A DNA stretch of 64,000 nt from an uncultured Chloroflexia bacterium. GTDB taxonomy: Bacteria > Chloroflexota > Anaerolineae > JAAEKA01. The position numbers and the translations under genes were made by a program. Location: positions 1,530 through 65,529 of the forward strand of contig CAVPXC010000029.1 of assembly GCA_963709505.1 (NCBI GenBank), given 5' to 3'. Of this stretch, positions 29,651 to 39,029 are shown in pieces. The notes beneath the pieces are model-generated. The model was given only the letters and a program-made list of their open reading frames with translations, did no database searches and was not told where the DNA came from. The stretch's first letter is position 1. Each line of letters starts with the position of its first letter.

Positions 29651-29677
29651 TAAAGGGTCCAACAGAGCATTCAATCC

Positions 29678-32488
29678 ATGACGAGCGCACCATCCGGCGA
29701 AGCGAAGACCCGAAAAGAGCTGATCGATCCGGCGCTTGAGAAGGCCGGCTGGGATCTCGGCAATCCCGACCAGGTCGGCATCGAAATCCCGGTCGATGGC
29801 TTCGATCCGGCTGCGTGGCACACGCTCGAACTTCAACTGCGAGAAGCCAGGGTCTCCTACACCGTGGACCTGCCGGCCGGCGTCACCGACTATTCGCTCT
29901 ACCGGCCCAACGGCGAGATTATCGCCGTGGTCGAGGCCAAACGCACCAGTATTGATCCCAGGTTGGCCCAGGCTCAAACCCTGTTCTACGTCACACAGCT
30001 CGAAAAGCGCCAGAGCTTCCGGCCGTTTGCCTTCATGACCAACGGCCAGGACATCTACTTCTGGGATGCCGGACGGGCCAATAAGCGCCTGGTGATGGGC
30101 TTTTTCTCGCCTGACGACCTGGAAAACCTCCTCTACCTGCGGCAAAACCAAACCCCGCTCACAGCCGCATTCGTCAACACGAAAATCACCAACCGGAGCT
30201 ATCAGCTTGAGGCGGTCCAACGCGTGGTTGAAGCGTATGAACAAGGCAAGCGCAAGGCTCTGCTCGTCATGGCCACCGGCACCGGCAAAACGCGCGTGGC
30301 GATGTCCCTGGCCGACGTTTTCCTGCGCAGCAACCAGGCCCGGCGCATTCTATTTGTTGCCGACCGGGACGCGCTGGTGTCGCAGGCGATCGGCGAGGGC
30401 TTCGAAGAGCACATCCCCGACGAACCCTGCACACGACTCTTTGCTTACGACATCGATAAAACGAAACGCCTGTACGCCGTCACGTTGCAGACACTGAGCA
30501 ATTGCCTCGGCCAGTTCACGCCCAGCTTTTTCGACTTGATTATCTTCGACGAGGTGCATCGATCGATCTTCAACAAGTGGAACGAGGTGCTGCACTACTT
30601 CGACGGCCGGATGGTCGGTCTGACGGCCACGCCCGCGGCCTTTCTCGATCGCAACACTTTCCTGGAGTTCGAGTGCTACGACGCCAAGCCGACTTTCCTG
30701 TACGGCCATGAGGAGGCCGTGCGCGATGGCTACCTGATGGACTTCGACCTGTACGCCGCCCAGACCCGGTTTCAGCGCAAGGGCATCAAGGGCGTCGACC
30801 TGAGCGATGAGGAGCGCAACAGCCTGATCGAGCAGGGCCTCGACCCGGATGCGATCGACTACTCCGGCACCGATCTGGAGAAGCGGGTCAGCAACGCCGA
30901 CACGCTGCGCAAGCAGTGGCAGGAGATCATGGACGTATGCCGCAAGGACGAGTTGGGCCAGCTGCCGGGCAAGACGATCTTCTTTGCCATGACGCAGGAG
31001 CACGCCCTTCGCTTGGCGGCTGCGTTCGAAGAGATGTATCCGCAGTTTCCCGGCCTGGTGCAGGTGATCACCTACAAGTCGGAGTACAAGGGCACGCTGA
31101 TCGATACCTTCAAGAAGGAGAGCTTTCCGCGCATTGCCATCTCGGTGGACATGCTGGAGACCGGCGTCAACGTGCCCGAGGCGGTCAATTTGGTCTTCAT
31201 GCGTCCGGTGCAGTCGCGCATCAAGCTGGAGCAGATGATCGGGCGCGGCACGCGCAACAACGCGGCTTGCACTCACCCTGCCTGGCTGCCCAACGGCCGG
31301 AAGGAAGATTTCCTGGTCGTCGATTTCTGGGAGAACAACTTCGGCAAGACTGCGCAGGACGAGCCGCTCCAGAGCCTGCCCGTGCTGGTTGCGCTCTTCA
31401 ACACGCGCTTGAAGCTGCTGGAGAACTATCTGGGCGCTCAGTGGTCAGACGAAGCGATGCGGGTCAAGGCCGATTTGCGGGCCATGATCGAGCGGATTCC
31501 ACGCGATTCCTACTCGGTCAAGCTGGTGCTGCCGCAGATCGAGCAGGTCTGGGAGGAGTCTTTCTGGCAGTTCCTGACCGTTGTCAAGATCGACCTCCTG
31601 CGCCTCAAAGTGGGACCGCTGCTGCGCTATGCTCCCGACGTGGACGTGGCCAAGGAGACGTTTACACACAAGGTCGAGCGGCTCAGGATCCAGGTTCTGG
31701 CCGGACGCGACACGGCCGACCTGACCCAGTCGATTGCCGAGGACGCCAGCCGCTTGCCTGACTTCGTTCGGGAAGCGCCCGAGCGGGCCGCTGCCATCGC
31801 CTTTTGTCTCTCGCCGGCTTTGGGCTCAGCCTCCACCCACGAGCTCGATCAGGTGATCGACACCCTGGCCGGCCAGATGCGTTACCGCAAGGCGGCGGAC
31901 AGCGCCTTCCTGATGCTCGACCTGCCCGACTACATCGCTACCCGCGGCTACATCCTGTTGTTCGGCGGCGCTCAGGAGATGTACGTCGAAGCCTATCGCC
32001 GCCTGGTGGAGGAACGGGTGCTGGACTTGGCGGCCAACCATCCGACCGTGCGAGCGATCGAGCAGGGCCGCAAGGTCAGCGATCAGGAGTTGCTTGCTCT
32101 GGAGCGCACGCTGCGTCATGAGCTCGGCGTTCCCGGCGTCGAGCTGACCGAGGGCAACATCCGCAAGGCGTTCCTCAAGCGCGTCGGCAGCCTGATGGAG
32201 TTCGTGCGCGACATGCTGGAGCTCGACGGCATCCCCGACTACCAGGAAATCGTCCGGCGCCAGTTCGATGCGTACATGGGCGGGCACGCCGAGTTTAACG
32301 CCGACCAGCTGCGCTTTCTGCGGGCCGTGCAAAACGTCTTCTTGCAGAAGCGCCGGCTGACCCTGCCCGACCTCTACGATCCGCCGTTAACCGCCTTCGG
32401 TGCGGGCGCGGCCGATCGCTGGTTCACCGGGCAACAACTGAACGACGTGTTGGAGTTCTTCGAAACCCTCACCGTGACAGGAGACTGA
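29678..32488 (+). CDS. hsdR: Type I restriction endonuclease R subunit (EcoAI/EcoEI-like)
   Basis: TDYSL..VEAKR nuclease motif, MATGTGKT, DEVHRS, GLTATP, VDMLETGVN, QMIGRGTR, C-terminal LYDPPLT. Confidence 0.93.
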   Translation: MTSAPSGEAKTRKELIDPALEKAGWDLGNPDQVGIEIPVDGFDPAAWHTLELQLREARVSYTVDLPAGVTDYSLYRPNGEIIAVVEAKRTSIDPRLAQAQTLFYVTQLEKRQSFRPFAFMTNGQDIYFWDAGRANKRLVMGFFSPDDLENLLYLRQNQTPLTAAFVNTKITNRSYQLEAVQRVVEAYEQGKRKALLVMATGTGKTRVAMSLADVFLRSNQARRILFVADRDALVSQAIGEGFEEHIPDEPCTRLFAYDIDKTKRLYAVTLQTLSNCLGQFTPSFFDLIIFDEVHRSIFNKWNEVLHYFDGRMVGLTATPAAFLDRNTFLEFECYDAKPTFLYGHEEAVRDGYLMDFDLYAAQTRFQRKGIKGVDLSDEERNSLIEQGLDPDAIDYSGTDLEKRVSNADTLRKQWQEIMDVCRKDELGQLPGKTIFFAMTQEHALRLAAAFEEMYPQFPGLVQVITYKSEYKGTLIDTFKKESFPRIAISVDMLETGVNVPEAVNLVFMRPVQSRIKLEQMIGRGTRNNAACTHPAWLPNGRKEDFLVVDFWENNFGKTAQDEPLQSLPVLVALFNTRLKLLENYLGAQWSDEAMRVKADLRAMIERIPRDSYSVKLVLPQIEQVWEESFWQFLTVVKIDLLRLKVGPLLRYAPDVDVAKETFTHKVERLRIQVLAGRDTADLTQSIAEDASRLPDFVREAPERAAAIAFCLSPALGSASTHELDQVIDTLAGQMRYRKAADSAFLMLDLPDYIATRGYILLFGGAQEMYVEAYRRLVEERVLDLAANHPTVRAIEQGRKVSDQELLALERTLRHELGVPGVELTEGNIRKAFLKRVGSLMEFVRDMLELDGIPDYQEIVRRQFDAYMGGHAEFNADQLRFLRAVQNVFLQKRRLTLPDLYDPPLTAFGAGAADRWFTGQQLNDVLEFFETLTVTGD

Positions 32489-32489
32489 G

Positions 32490-34196
32490 TTGCTCACCGA
32501 CCCCAAGCTGCGCTCGCAGGTCGACCAACTGTGGAACAAGCTCTGGACAGGTGGACTGACCAACCCGATGGACGCCATCGAGCAGTTCTCCTATCTGCTC
32601 TTCCTCAAACGCATGGACGACGAGGAGAACAGCCGCGAGAAGCAGGCCATCCGCCGCGGCGAGGCCTTTGCGCCGCGCATCCCGCCCGAGATGCGCTGGT
32701 CGCAATGGTCGAAAATGGAGGCCGCGAAGGCGCTGAAGCACGTCCGGGAGGTCGTCTTTCCCTGGCTCAAGGAGTTGGGCGAGCAAGGCAGCTCCTTCGA
32801 GCGCTACATGGGCAACGCCGAGTTCAAGATCAACAAGCCCAACCTGCTGATCGAAGCCTGCAAATCTATCGACCAGATGCAGGTGTCGTCGCAGAACCAG
32901 GACGTGCAGGGCGATCTCTACGAATACCTGCTCAGCTACCTCACCACGGCGGGGCGCAACGGCCAGTTCCGCACGCCGCGCCACATCATCCGCATGATGG
33001 TGCAGATGATCGACCCCAAGCCGCGCGAGCGGGTGGGAGACCTGGCGGCCGGCACCTGCGGCTTCGGCGTCAACGCCTACCAGCACGTCCTCGAACAGCA
33101 CACCTCGGCCGGCATCCTGGAGTACGACGAGCAAGGCTGGCCCCACAACCTGGTGGGCGACCTGCTCACGCCTGAGCAGCGGGACTTCCTGCAAACAGGC
33201 TTCTTCCGGGGCTTTGACAACGACTCCGGCATGACCATGCTGCGCATCGGCTCGATGAACCTGATGCTGCACGGCATCGGCAACCCTCGCTTCTACTACA
33301 TGGACACCCTGTCCAAGGCCTTCGCCGAGGCGGCGGACTACGACGTGATCCTGATGAACCCGCCTTTCAAGGGCGCGGTGGACAAAGACGACGTCAATTC
33401 GACCCTGCCGGGCAACACCACCAAGTCGGAATTGCTCTTCCTGCACCTGATCCTGCGGGCGCTGGACATGGGCGGCCGCTGCGCGGTGATCGTGCCCGAC
33501 GGCGTGCTTTTTGGCTCCAGCACGGCGCACAAAGAGACGCGCAAAAAGCTCGTGGAGAGCAACCGGCTGGACGGCGTGATCTCGATGCCGGGCGGCGTGT
33601 TCAAGCCGTACGCGGGGGTGTCCACGGCCGTGTTGTTCTTCACCAAGGGCGCCAGCACCGAGCGCATCTGGTTCTACGACATGGCCCACGACGGCTTCTC
33701 GCTGGACGACAAGCGCCAGCCCGTAGCCGAAAACGACCTCCCCGACATCCTCGCCTGCTGGCGCAACCGAAAGAACCCTGAGTTCCTGACGCAACGCCAG
33801 ACCCGGCTGGAAACCCTGCAGGTCGAGGTAGCCCCGCTGAAGGCCGAGCGCCTGCGCCTGGCCGGCGAGATCAACCGGCTGACCTTCGAGAGCGTCATCG
33901 CAGCCAACGGGGACGAGCCGATCCATGCGGAGCTGGAGGCAGTCAAGCAAGAGCTGGCGAAGCTAGCAGCCAGGATCGCGCCGATCCAGCAGGAGATGAA
34001 CCAGCTGAGCCGGCAGTTCTGGGTCACGAAGGCCCAGGTCAAGGCCAATGGCTACGATTTGACGGCCAGCCGGTATCGACAGGTGGAGCAGGATGAGGCG
34101 TATTACGAGAAGCCGCAGGTGACGATGGAGCGGTTGCTTCGACTTGAGAGCATAATGCGCATCGAAATCGAAGATCTGGAGCGACGACTGGAATGA
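32490..34196 (+). CDS. hsdM: Type I R-M N6-adenine methyltransferase subunit
   Basis: GDLYEYLL, GQFRTPRHII, DLAAGTCGF, MNPPF, IVPDGVLF, GVFKPYAGVST, DGFSLDDKR. Confidence 0.93.
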   Translation: MLTDPKLRSQVDQLWNKLWTGGLTNPMDAIEQFSYLLFLKRMDDEENSREKQAIRRGEAFAPRIPPEMRWSQWSKMEAAKALKHVREVVFPWLKELGEQGSSFERYMGNAEFKINKPNLLIEACKSIDQMQVSSQNQDVQGDLYEYLLSYLTTAGRNGQFRTPRHIIRMMVQMIDPKPRERVGDLAAGTCGFGVNAYQHVLEQHTSAGILEYDEQGWPHNLVGDLLTPEQRDFLQTGFFRGFDNDSGMTMLRIGSMNLMLHGIGNPRFYYMDTLSKAFAEAADYDVILMNPPFKGAVDKDDVNSTLPGNTTKSELLFLHLILRALDMGGRCAVIVPDGVLFGSSTAHKETRKKLVESNRLDGVISMPGGVFKPYAGVSTAVLFFTKGASTERIWFYDMAHDGFSLDDKRQPVAENDLPDILACWRNRKNPEFLTQRQTRLETLQVEVAPLKAERLRLAGEINRLTFESVIAANGDEPIHAELEAVKQELAKLAARIAPIQQEMNQLSRQFWVTKAQVKANGYDLTASRYRQVEQDEAYYEKPQVTMERLLRLESIMRIEIEDLERRLE

Positions 34197-35359
34197 AGAT
34201 AGCTCCCATACGCTCGTTTGTAACGAAAACGAAGCAAATCGATCCAAAGGACCTTGGCCGTGCTCGTTTTGTCTACGTCGATATCTCCTCAATTGATCGG
34301 GAGACTAAACATATCGGCATCCCACAAGAGATCTCGGTGCTGGATGCTCCCAGCCGTGCTCGAAAGCTTATCAAGGCGGGTGATGTTCTGGTATCCACAG
34401 TTAGGCCTAATCTCAATGCGGTGGCACTTGTTAGCTCTGAATACGATGGTGAGGTAGCCTCAACAGGCATATGTGTACTCCGGCCAATCGAACGACAATT
34501 GGACGCCAAGTACCTCTTTTACTTTTGCCAAAGCGCCGGTTTCATTGAGCGTCTGACACGTCTGTCCATCGGTGCAGGTTATCCCGCCGTTTCAGATGAC
34601 AACATCCTTGATACCGAATTCCCTTGCCCTCCATTCCCCGAACAGCAGCGCATCGCCGGCATCCTCAGCCGGGCGGATCGCCTGCGCCGGCTGAGGCGGT
34701 ATGCGCTGGAGATGAGCGAGTCGTATTTGCAGGCGGTGTTTTTGGAATTGTTCGGTGACCCTGCAGGGAATCCAATGGGATGGGAAACCGGTCGATTACG
34801 AAAACTCTGCGCCAAAGTTGTTGATTGTCTACATTCAACTCCAAGCCATACTCGCGTAAAGACGCCGTATCCTTGTATTCGTAGCTCTGATATCCAGAAT
34901 GGACGCTTGGACTGGTCAACAACTCTGTATGTTGACAGCGAACAGTACGCGCTGCGCGTGGAACGTTTGGTACCACAGCCCGGTGATGTAGTATATTGCC
35001 GCGAGGGTGCTCGTCTGGGAAATGCAGCTATCATTCCAACGAGAACAACCCTCTGCTTAGGTCAACGAATGATGTTATTTCGTGCAAATCCCGAGGTAGC
35101 CACTCCTGAATTCATCTGGGCTATGCTCGATTCCCGGGCAATTCGCCAGCAAGTATCGGCTACAACTGGTGGTTCGGCTTCGCCCCACATCAATATCCAA
35201 GAGATAAATGCTTTTCAGGTGGTTGTTCCTCCTTTGACACGACAAAGGGAGTACTCAAGGGTAGTGCAAGACTTCGAACGGTTACGAATTCAGAAGCAAG
35301 AAGCTTTGCGCCAGGCCGAGCACCTGTTCCAGACGCTGCTTCATCAGGCGTTTCAGTAA
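34193..35359 (+). CDS. hsdS: Type I R-M specificity subunit
   Basis: Two TRDs (APSRAR..GDVLVSTVRPNL; PGDVVYCREG) each followed by a conserved helix (PPFPEQQRIA..LFGDP; PPLTRQREY..LLHQAF). Confidence 0.93.
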   Translation: MKIAPIRSFVTKTKQIDPKDLGRARFVYVDISSIDRETKHIGIPQEISVLDAPSRARKLIKAGDVLVSTVRPNLNAVALVSSEYDGEVASTGICVLRPIERQLDAKYLFYFCQSAGFIERLTRLSIGAGYPAVSDDNILDTEFPCPPFPEQQRIAGILSRADRLRRLRRYALEMSESYLQAVFLELFGDPAGNPMGWETGRLRKLCAKVVDCLHSTPSHTRVKTPYPCIRSSDIQNGRLDWSTTLYVDSEQYALRVERLVPQPGDVVYCREGARLGNAAIIPTRTTLCLGQRMMLFRANPEVATPEFIWAMLDSRAIRQQVSATTGGSASPHINIQEINAFQVVVPPLTRQREYSRVVQDFERLRIQKQEALRQAEHLFQTLLHQAFQ

Positions 35360-35593
35360 GTGACTTACCTGGAATAGCTTGAGCGAGGTCTGGACATGCT
35401 ACAATTGAGACAACCGTGGAGGCGTGAGATTGAATCAGAAGGTCACTGTTGGACGCTCTTGAGGATTTCGTCAATTTCGTCAGGAGTATTCACGTCGCTA
35501 CATTCTCTTAACAGGAATACTCTTCCAGCGCTGCACAAGATGCTTCGTAACAATCCGCATCAACACACCACTGCAAGGTAAGACTAGACGCCT

Positions 35594-36991
35594 ATGATTC
35601 CGTACAATCCCTTCAAGAAAGAAATCCAAGATCTGCAGGCAATCGATTTGGCAGTGCTGCGCGACGTAGCTGAAGGATGGTTTATCGAGTACAAGCAGGG
35701 TGAAGTCTCTTCTGCCAACATTGCGAAATCTCTTTCGGCATTTGCTAATCACTATGGTGGCTGGGTTTTCTACGGCATTGAGGAGGCGGCTGATGGAAGT
35801 CATCAGGCCGGCGCTTTTCCAGGCATAGAATCTTCGGCCGCTAATAAGATGGTCGACAGAATAGCGGTGGCGTCAAAGGACTCGGTTCATCCGTCAGTTT
35901 ACTATCAGCACAAGGTTCTTTCTGGTCCTTGTGAAGAAATTGGGCTTTCCGATGAAAGATCGATTGTCGTAGTATTGATACCGAGTGGGCAGGATGCGCC
36001 ATATGTACACTCTAGTGGCCGCATCTACCGTCGGATTGCGGATTCTTCTGATCCCAAAGCAGAGACAGATCGCAGCATTTTGGATCAGCTGTTGCAAAGG
36101 CGAAGTCAGGCTGAGTCGGCGCTCAGAGATTTTCTGACAACACGTCCTATTCTTTCGCAGGCTGAGGCTGGAATGAGCTACATGGACTTATTCCTGCTGC
36201 CAGATCCGTTACGAGCCGCAAACCAGTATACAACACTTGTCTTTGAGCAATTCGTTGATGTTATGAAGCGCCAGCCTCTATCCGGCTTCCATGCGCCTTT
36301 TGACAACTTCTTCACGATGGCTAGCGGCTTTGTCTGCAGACAGTTATCCAATAATGATCCGTACAACCTTTGTCTAACGTGGCGACACTTCGACAGGGGT
36401 TTTAGCCATGTTTCTATACCGTTGAGTGTCACATCACTGCTTGTTGCGGAGCGTGGCTCTCAACAAAACTACAGGTGGAGTGTGGACTTCTGCAAAGCAC
36501 TCCGTAAGGCACGCTTGCTGGAGACAACTGACATCGTTGATCTAAACCAAGTGGCAAAAGCAGTAATTGCCGTCGTTCATCAGCAGCGACAGCTTATGGC
36601 ATTGGGAGCCATCGAGGGACCGCTTTACGCAAAGGCGCGTATCCACAACGTTTGGCGACGGGTACCGTTTCTGGATGCGAAATCCTATCTGGATCTTATC
36701 GATGAACTGGGAATACCGATCATTCAGTATGACGAAGCATTTGTCCCTACCGGTGTGAACTTTGAGAGCTTAGCACTGTTGGCGACAGACCATCTAGATG
36801 CATATGATGATTTGGTCACTCGTCAAATCGTCGATGCGGCTCCGCTCTATGGTGGTCTACTTAACGCCTTTGGTCTTCACGGCGAAAAACTGCTCACTGA
36901 TCTTCTGCAACAGATGTTCGCATCGGGCGCTGAAGAATCTAGCCCAAATCACGAAATGCATATCGACAAGCAAAATCATCCATGTCAATAA
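35594..36991 (+). CDS. Schlafen/AlbA_2 domain protein with uncharacterised C-terminal region
   Basis: EGWFIEYK..IAKSLSAFANHYGGWVFYGIEE..PYVHSSGRIYRR. Confidence 0.8.
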   Translation: MIPYNPFKKEIQDLQAIDLAVLRDVAEGWFIEYKQGEVSSANIAKSLSAFANHYGGWVFYGIEEAADGSHQAGAFPGIESSAANKMVDRIAVASKDSVHPSVYYQHKVLSGPCEEIGLSDERSIVVVLIPSGQDAPYVHSSGRIYRRIADSSDPKAETDRSILDQLLQRRSQAESALRDFLTTRPILSQAEAGMSYMDLFLLPDPLRAANQYTTLVFEQFVDVMKRQPLSGFHAPFDNFFTMASGFVCRQLSNNDPYNLCLTWRHFDRGFSHVSIPLSVTSLLVAERGSQQNYRWSVDFCKALRKARLLETTDIVDLNQVAKAVIAVVHQQRQLMALGAIEGPLYAKARIHNVWRRVPFLDAKSYLDLIDELGIPIIQYDEAFVPTGVNFESLALLATDHLDAYDDLVTRQIVDAAPLYGGLLNAFGLHGEKLLTDLLQQMFASGAEESSPNHEMHIDKQNHPCQ

Positions 36992-37141
36992 TTACTTTGC
37001 CTGTATCGGTTTGCTTTCGTCATATTTCTGGACAGAGCAGTATCACCTGAAATCATACCACGAGAAACCGATACATGCCTGACGAACTACTTTACGCCGA
37101 ATCTACGCTCGCCCGAATTCTTCGTCGGCCACCGAGCGAAT

Positions 37142-38050
37142 ATGCAGTCTGAGTTTCACGAATTCGAGCAGCGTTTCCAGTATTTGCGTCATCACTGTTC
37201 GGCACAAGCACGCCGAATCGAGGACAAAACTGGCATCAGCCGGATTGTCGTCACGACTGGATACGGTGACGTTTGCCTTGGCAATGATCAGGACATTGCA
37301 AACTGGTTTCAAAAAACCCTAACCTCCGAAGAAGTGCGCTTCGTTGCCAGTCTGCGAGTTTTGAATCGCCGCCTTGGCAAGCAAAGTTTTGCCGAGTTAC
37401 TGGAAAGCAGTCTAGTCAAGGACGGTGTTTCTTTGCAGAGATACGTCACACTATTGGCGTGGCAACGAGCCAAAGGGAGACTGTGGGAATGGGTGATGCT
37501 GCTCGCTCTTATTTCGGGTCTACGTCGTGTCGTCCAGACGGAGAGTCACACCATCCGATTCAGCCCAGGTGCACTGCCGATTCCTATCTCGCTGCATGGA
37601 CACGACCTTTACCTTTGGTATCAACGTCAATTCCGCGCACATAGATCAGGATTAAGCGCCACTCCTGATCTTATGCTGACCCTGGATAGTGTGGAGCCGA
37701 ACGAACAAACAATTCATGCCATTATCGAATGTAAGCATACGCGCCGAATTGGATCGGACGCGATCCGATCGTTATGGGCTACCGCAGAGGATGTTCAGGC
37801 GGCCTTTGCCATATTGGCCTCCTTCGAATCGGTATCCTGGGGCATCCGAGATGGCGCAGAACGACTTGGCCTTAACATTCTCGAAAATCCGATAGCCGAT
37901 CTGAAGCGCATTCTTGGTCCGTCGCCTGCCGTCGATCTATTTGCAGAACTCACCGAACAACTCGAAGACATCGAATATCACAAACCTCTCGACAAATCAA
38001 GGTTTGCGCGGGAGAAACTAATGGATGAAAAACGCCGCCAGTGGTACTAA
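37142..38050 (+). CDS. Hypothetical protein with C-terminal PD-(D/E)xK nuclease-like motif; start may lie at 37075 via a frameshift
   Basis: ATPDLML..IIECKH; 302-aa ORF in the defence island. Confidence 0.55.
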   Translation: MQSEFHEFEQRFQYLRHHCSAQARRIEDKTGISRIVVTTGYGDVCLGNDQDIANWFQKTLTSEEVRFVASLRVLNRRLGKQSFAELLESSLVKDGVSLQRYVTLLAWQRAKGRLWEWVMLLALISGLRRVVQTESHTIRFSPGALPIPISLHGHDLYLWYQRQFRAHRSGLSATPDLMLTLDSVEPNEQTIHAIIECKHTRRIGSDAIRSLWATAEDVQAAFAILASFESVSWGIRDGAERLGLNILENPIADLKRILGPSPAVDLFAELTEQLEDIEYHKPLDKSRFAREKLMDEKRRQWY

Positions 38051-38074
38051 CGTTCTGGGAGCATCCGATTGGTT

Positions 38075-38177
38075 TGTCTTTCATGTACCACACAAGGCTG
38101 TGATGGAGATATATACCGATCTGTCGCTCGCCGAATGCCTGGCTGCGATGCGCGACGATCCGTGGTTTCATCCGTGA
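38075..38177 (+). pseudogene. 3' remnant of a paralog of the 39643-40056 gene
   Basis: Reads ..LSFMYHT..MEIYTDLSLAECLAAMRDDPWFHP* versus LSAMRHNGQWMVIFPDLSLEECLAALCDDPWFHP*. Confidence 0.75.
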
Positions 38178-38193
38178 TGGATATTCCCAGGTT

Positions 38194-38268
38194 TCTGGCA
38201 TTCGTTGTCCCGCATTCGCTGTTATATCCGGCGAACATCACAACGAATGCGGGACAACGAATGCCGGA
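38194..38268. repeat. Long palindrome (ACAACGAAT family), imperfect copy
   Basis: TCTGGCATTCGTTGTCCCGCATTCGCTGTTATAT..ACATCACAACGAATGCGGGACAACGAATGCCGGA. Confidence 0.85.
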
Positions 38269-38298
38269 GAAGTGCGATCTTCGGCGTCGAAATCAGCA

Positions 38299-38327
38299 TT
38301 GACAAACTGCGTCCGATCTGGTAAGAT
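38299..38327 (+). promoter_or_regulatory. Near-consensus sigma70 promoter
   Basis: TTGACA (38299-38304), 17 nt, TAAGAT (38322-38327), with extended -10 TG. Confidence 0.8.
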
Positions 38328-38334
38328 AGAGTCT

Positions 38335-38390
38335 GTAAAACCACCCACTCTGATTTCTTGCTTCGGCAAGAAACATGGTGGGTTTCTTTT
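38335..38390 (+). ncRNA. Candidate ~55-nt structured RNA / attenuator upstream of the NYN gene
   Basis: Inner stem TTTCTTGC-TTCG-GCAAGAAA (cUUCGg loop), outer stem ACCCAC/GTGGGT, then TTCTTTT; begins ~7 nt after the -10 box. Confidence 0.55.
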
Positions 38391-38434
38391 AGGTGCCCCT
38401 CAGTACGGTGCGATGGGCGGGAAGGATGGGTGGA

Positions 38435-38974
38435 ATGGACACGGTGGCCGTCTTCATCGATGGCAGCAACTTCTATTACAAGGTCAAAGACCTGGGTATT
38501 CGTCACCTTGCGAGCTTTGACTATCGTGGCTTGGCCGAGTGGCTTGCACATGGACGCGAGGTCGTGTATTGTGGTTACTACGTTGGCGTCGTCCGCGCCA
38601 AACCCGGTGACGCTAAGGCAGAAGCTATGAAAAATCAACAGGCCAATCTCTTCAATAATCTTCGATCGAAACGCCAGCGCATTACCGTTCATGGCGGTTT
38701 CATCATGGAAAACGCTGGCGTCTATCACGAGAAGGGCGTTGATGTCAAAATCGCCGTGGACTTGCTCACCGGCGCATACGAAGGGAGTTACGATACCGCC
38801 ATTCTATTGTCATCGGACACGGATCTGATACCGGTGATTCAGAAGGTGCGGACGCTGGGTAAGGCAGTTGAATACATCGGATTTGCTCATCGTCCGAGTT
38901 TAGGGCTTCAGAAACACGCTAGCCTGTCACGCTTGCTGATACGCGCCGAGATTGAGCCATTCGCTATGACATAG
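38435..38974 (+). CDS. NYN domain (PIN-fold, LabA/DUF88) ribonuclease
   Basis: VFIDGSNFY, EKGVDVKIAVD, ILLSSDTDLIP..GKAVE. Confidence 0.92.
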   Translation: MDTVAVFIDGSNFYYKVKDLGIRHLASFDYRGLAEWLAHGREVVYCGYYVGVVRAKPGDAKAEAMKNQQANLFNNLRSKRQRITVHGGFIMENAGVYHEKGVDVKIAVDLLTGAYEGSYDTAILLSSDTDLIPVIQKVRTLGKAVEYIGFAHRPSLGLQKHASLSRLLIRAEIEPFAMT

Positions 38975-39029
38975 GCACGAATCTACATTCAAGATTACCC
39001 CATTGCGGTATGCACGGCAGAGCCTCAGA

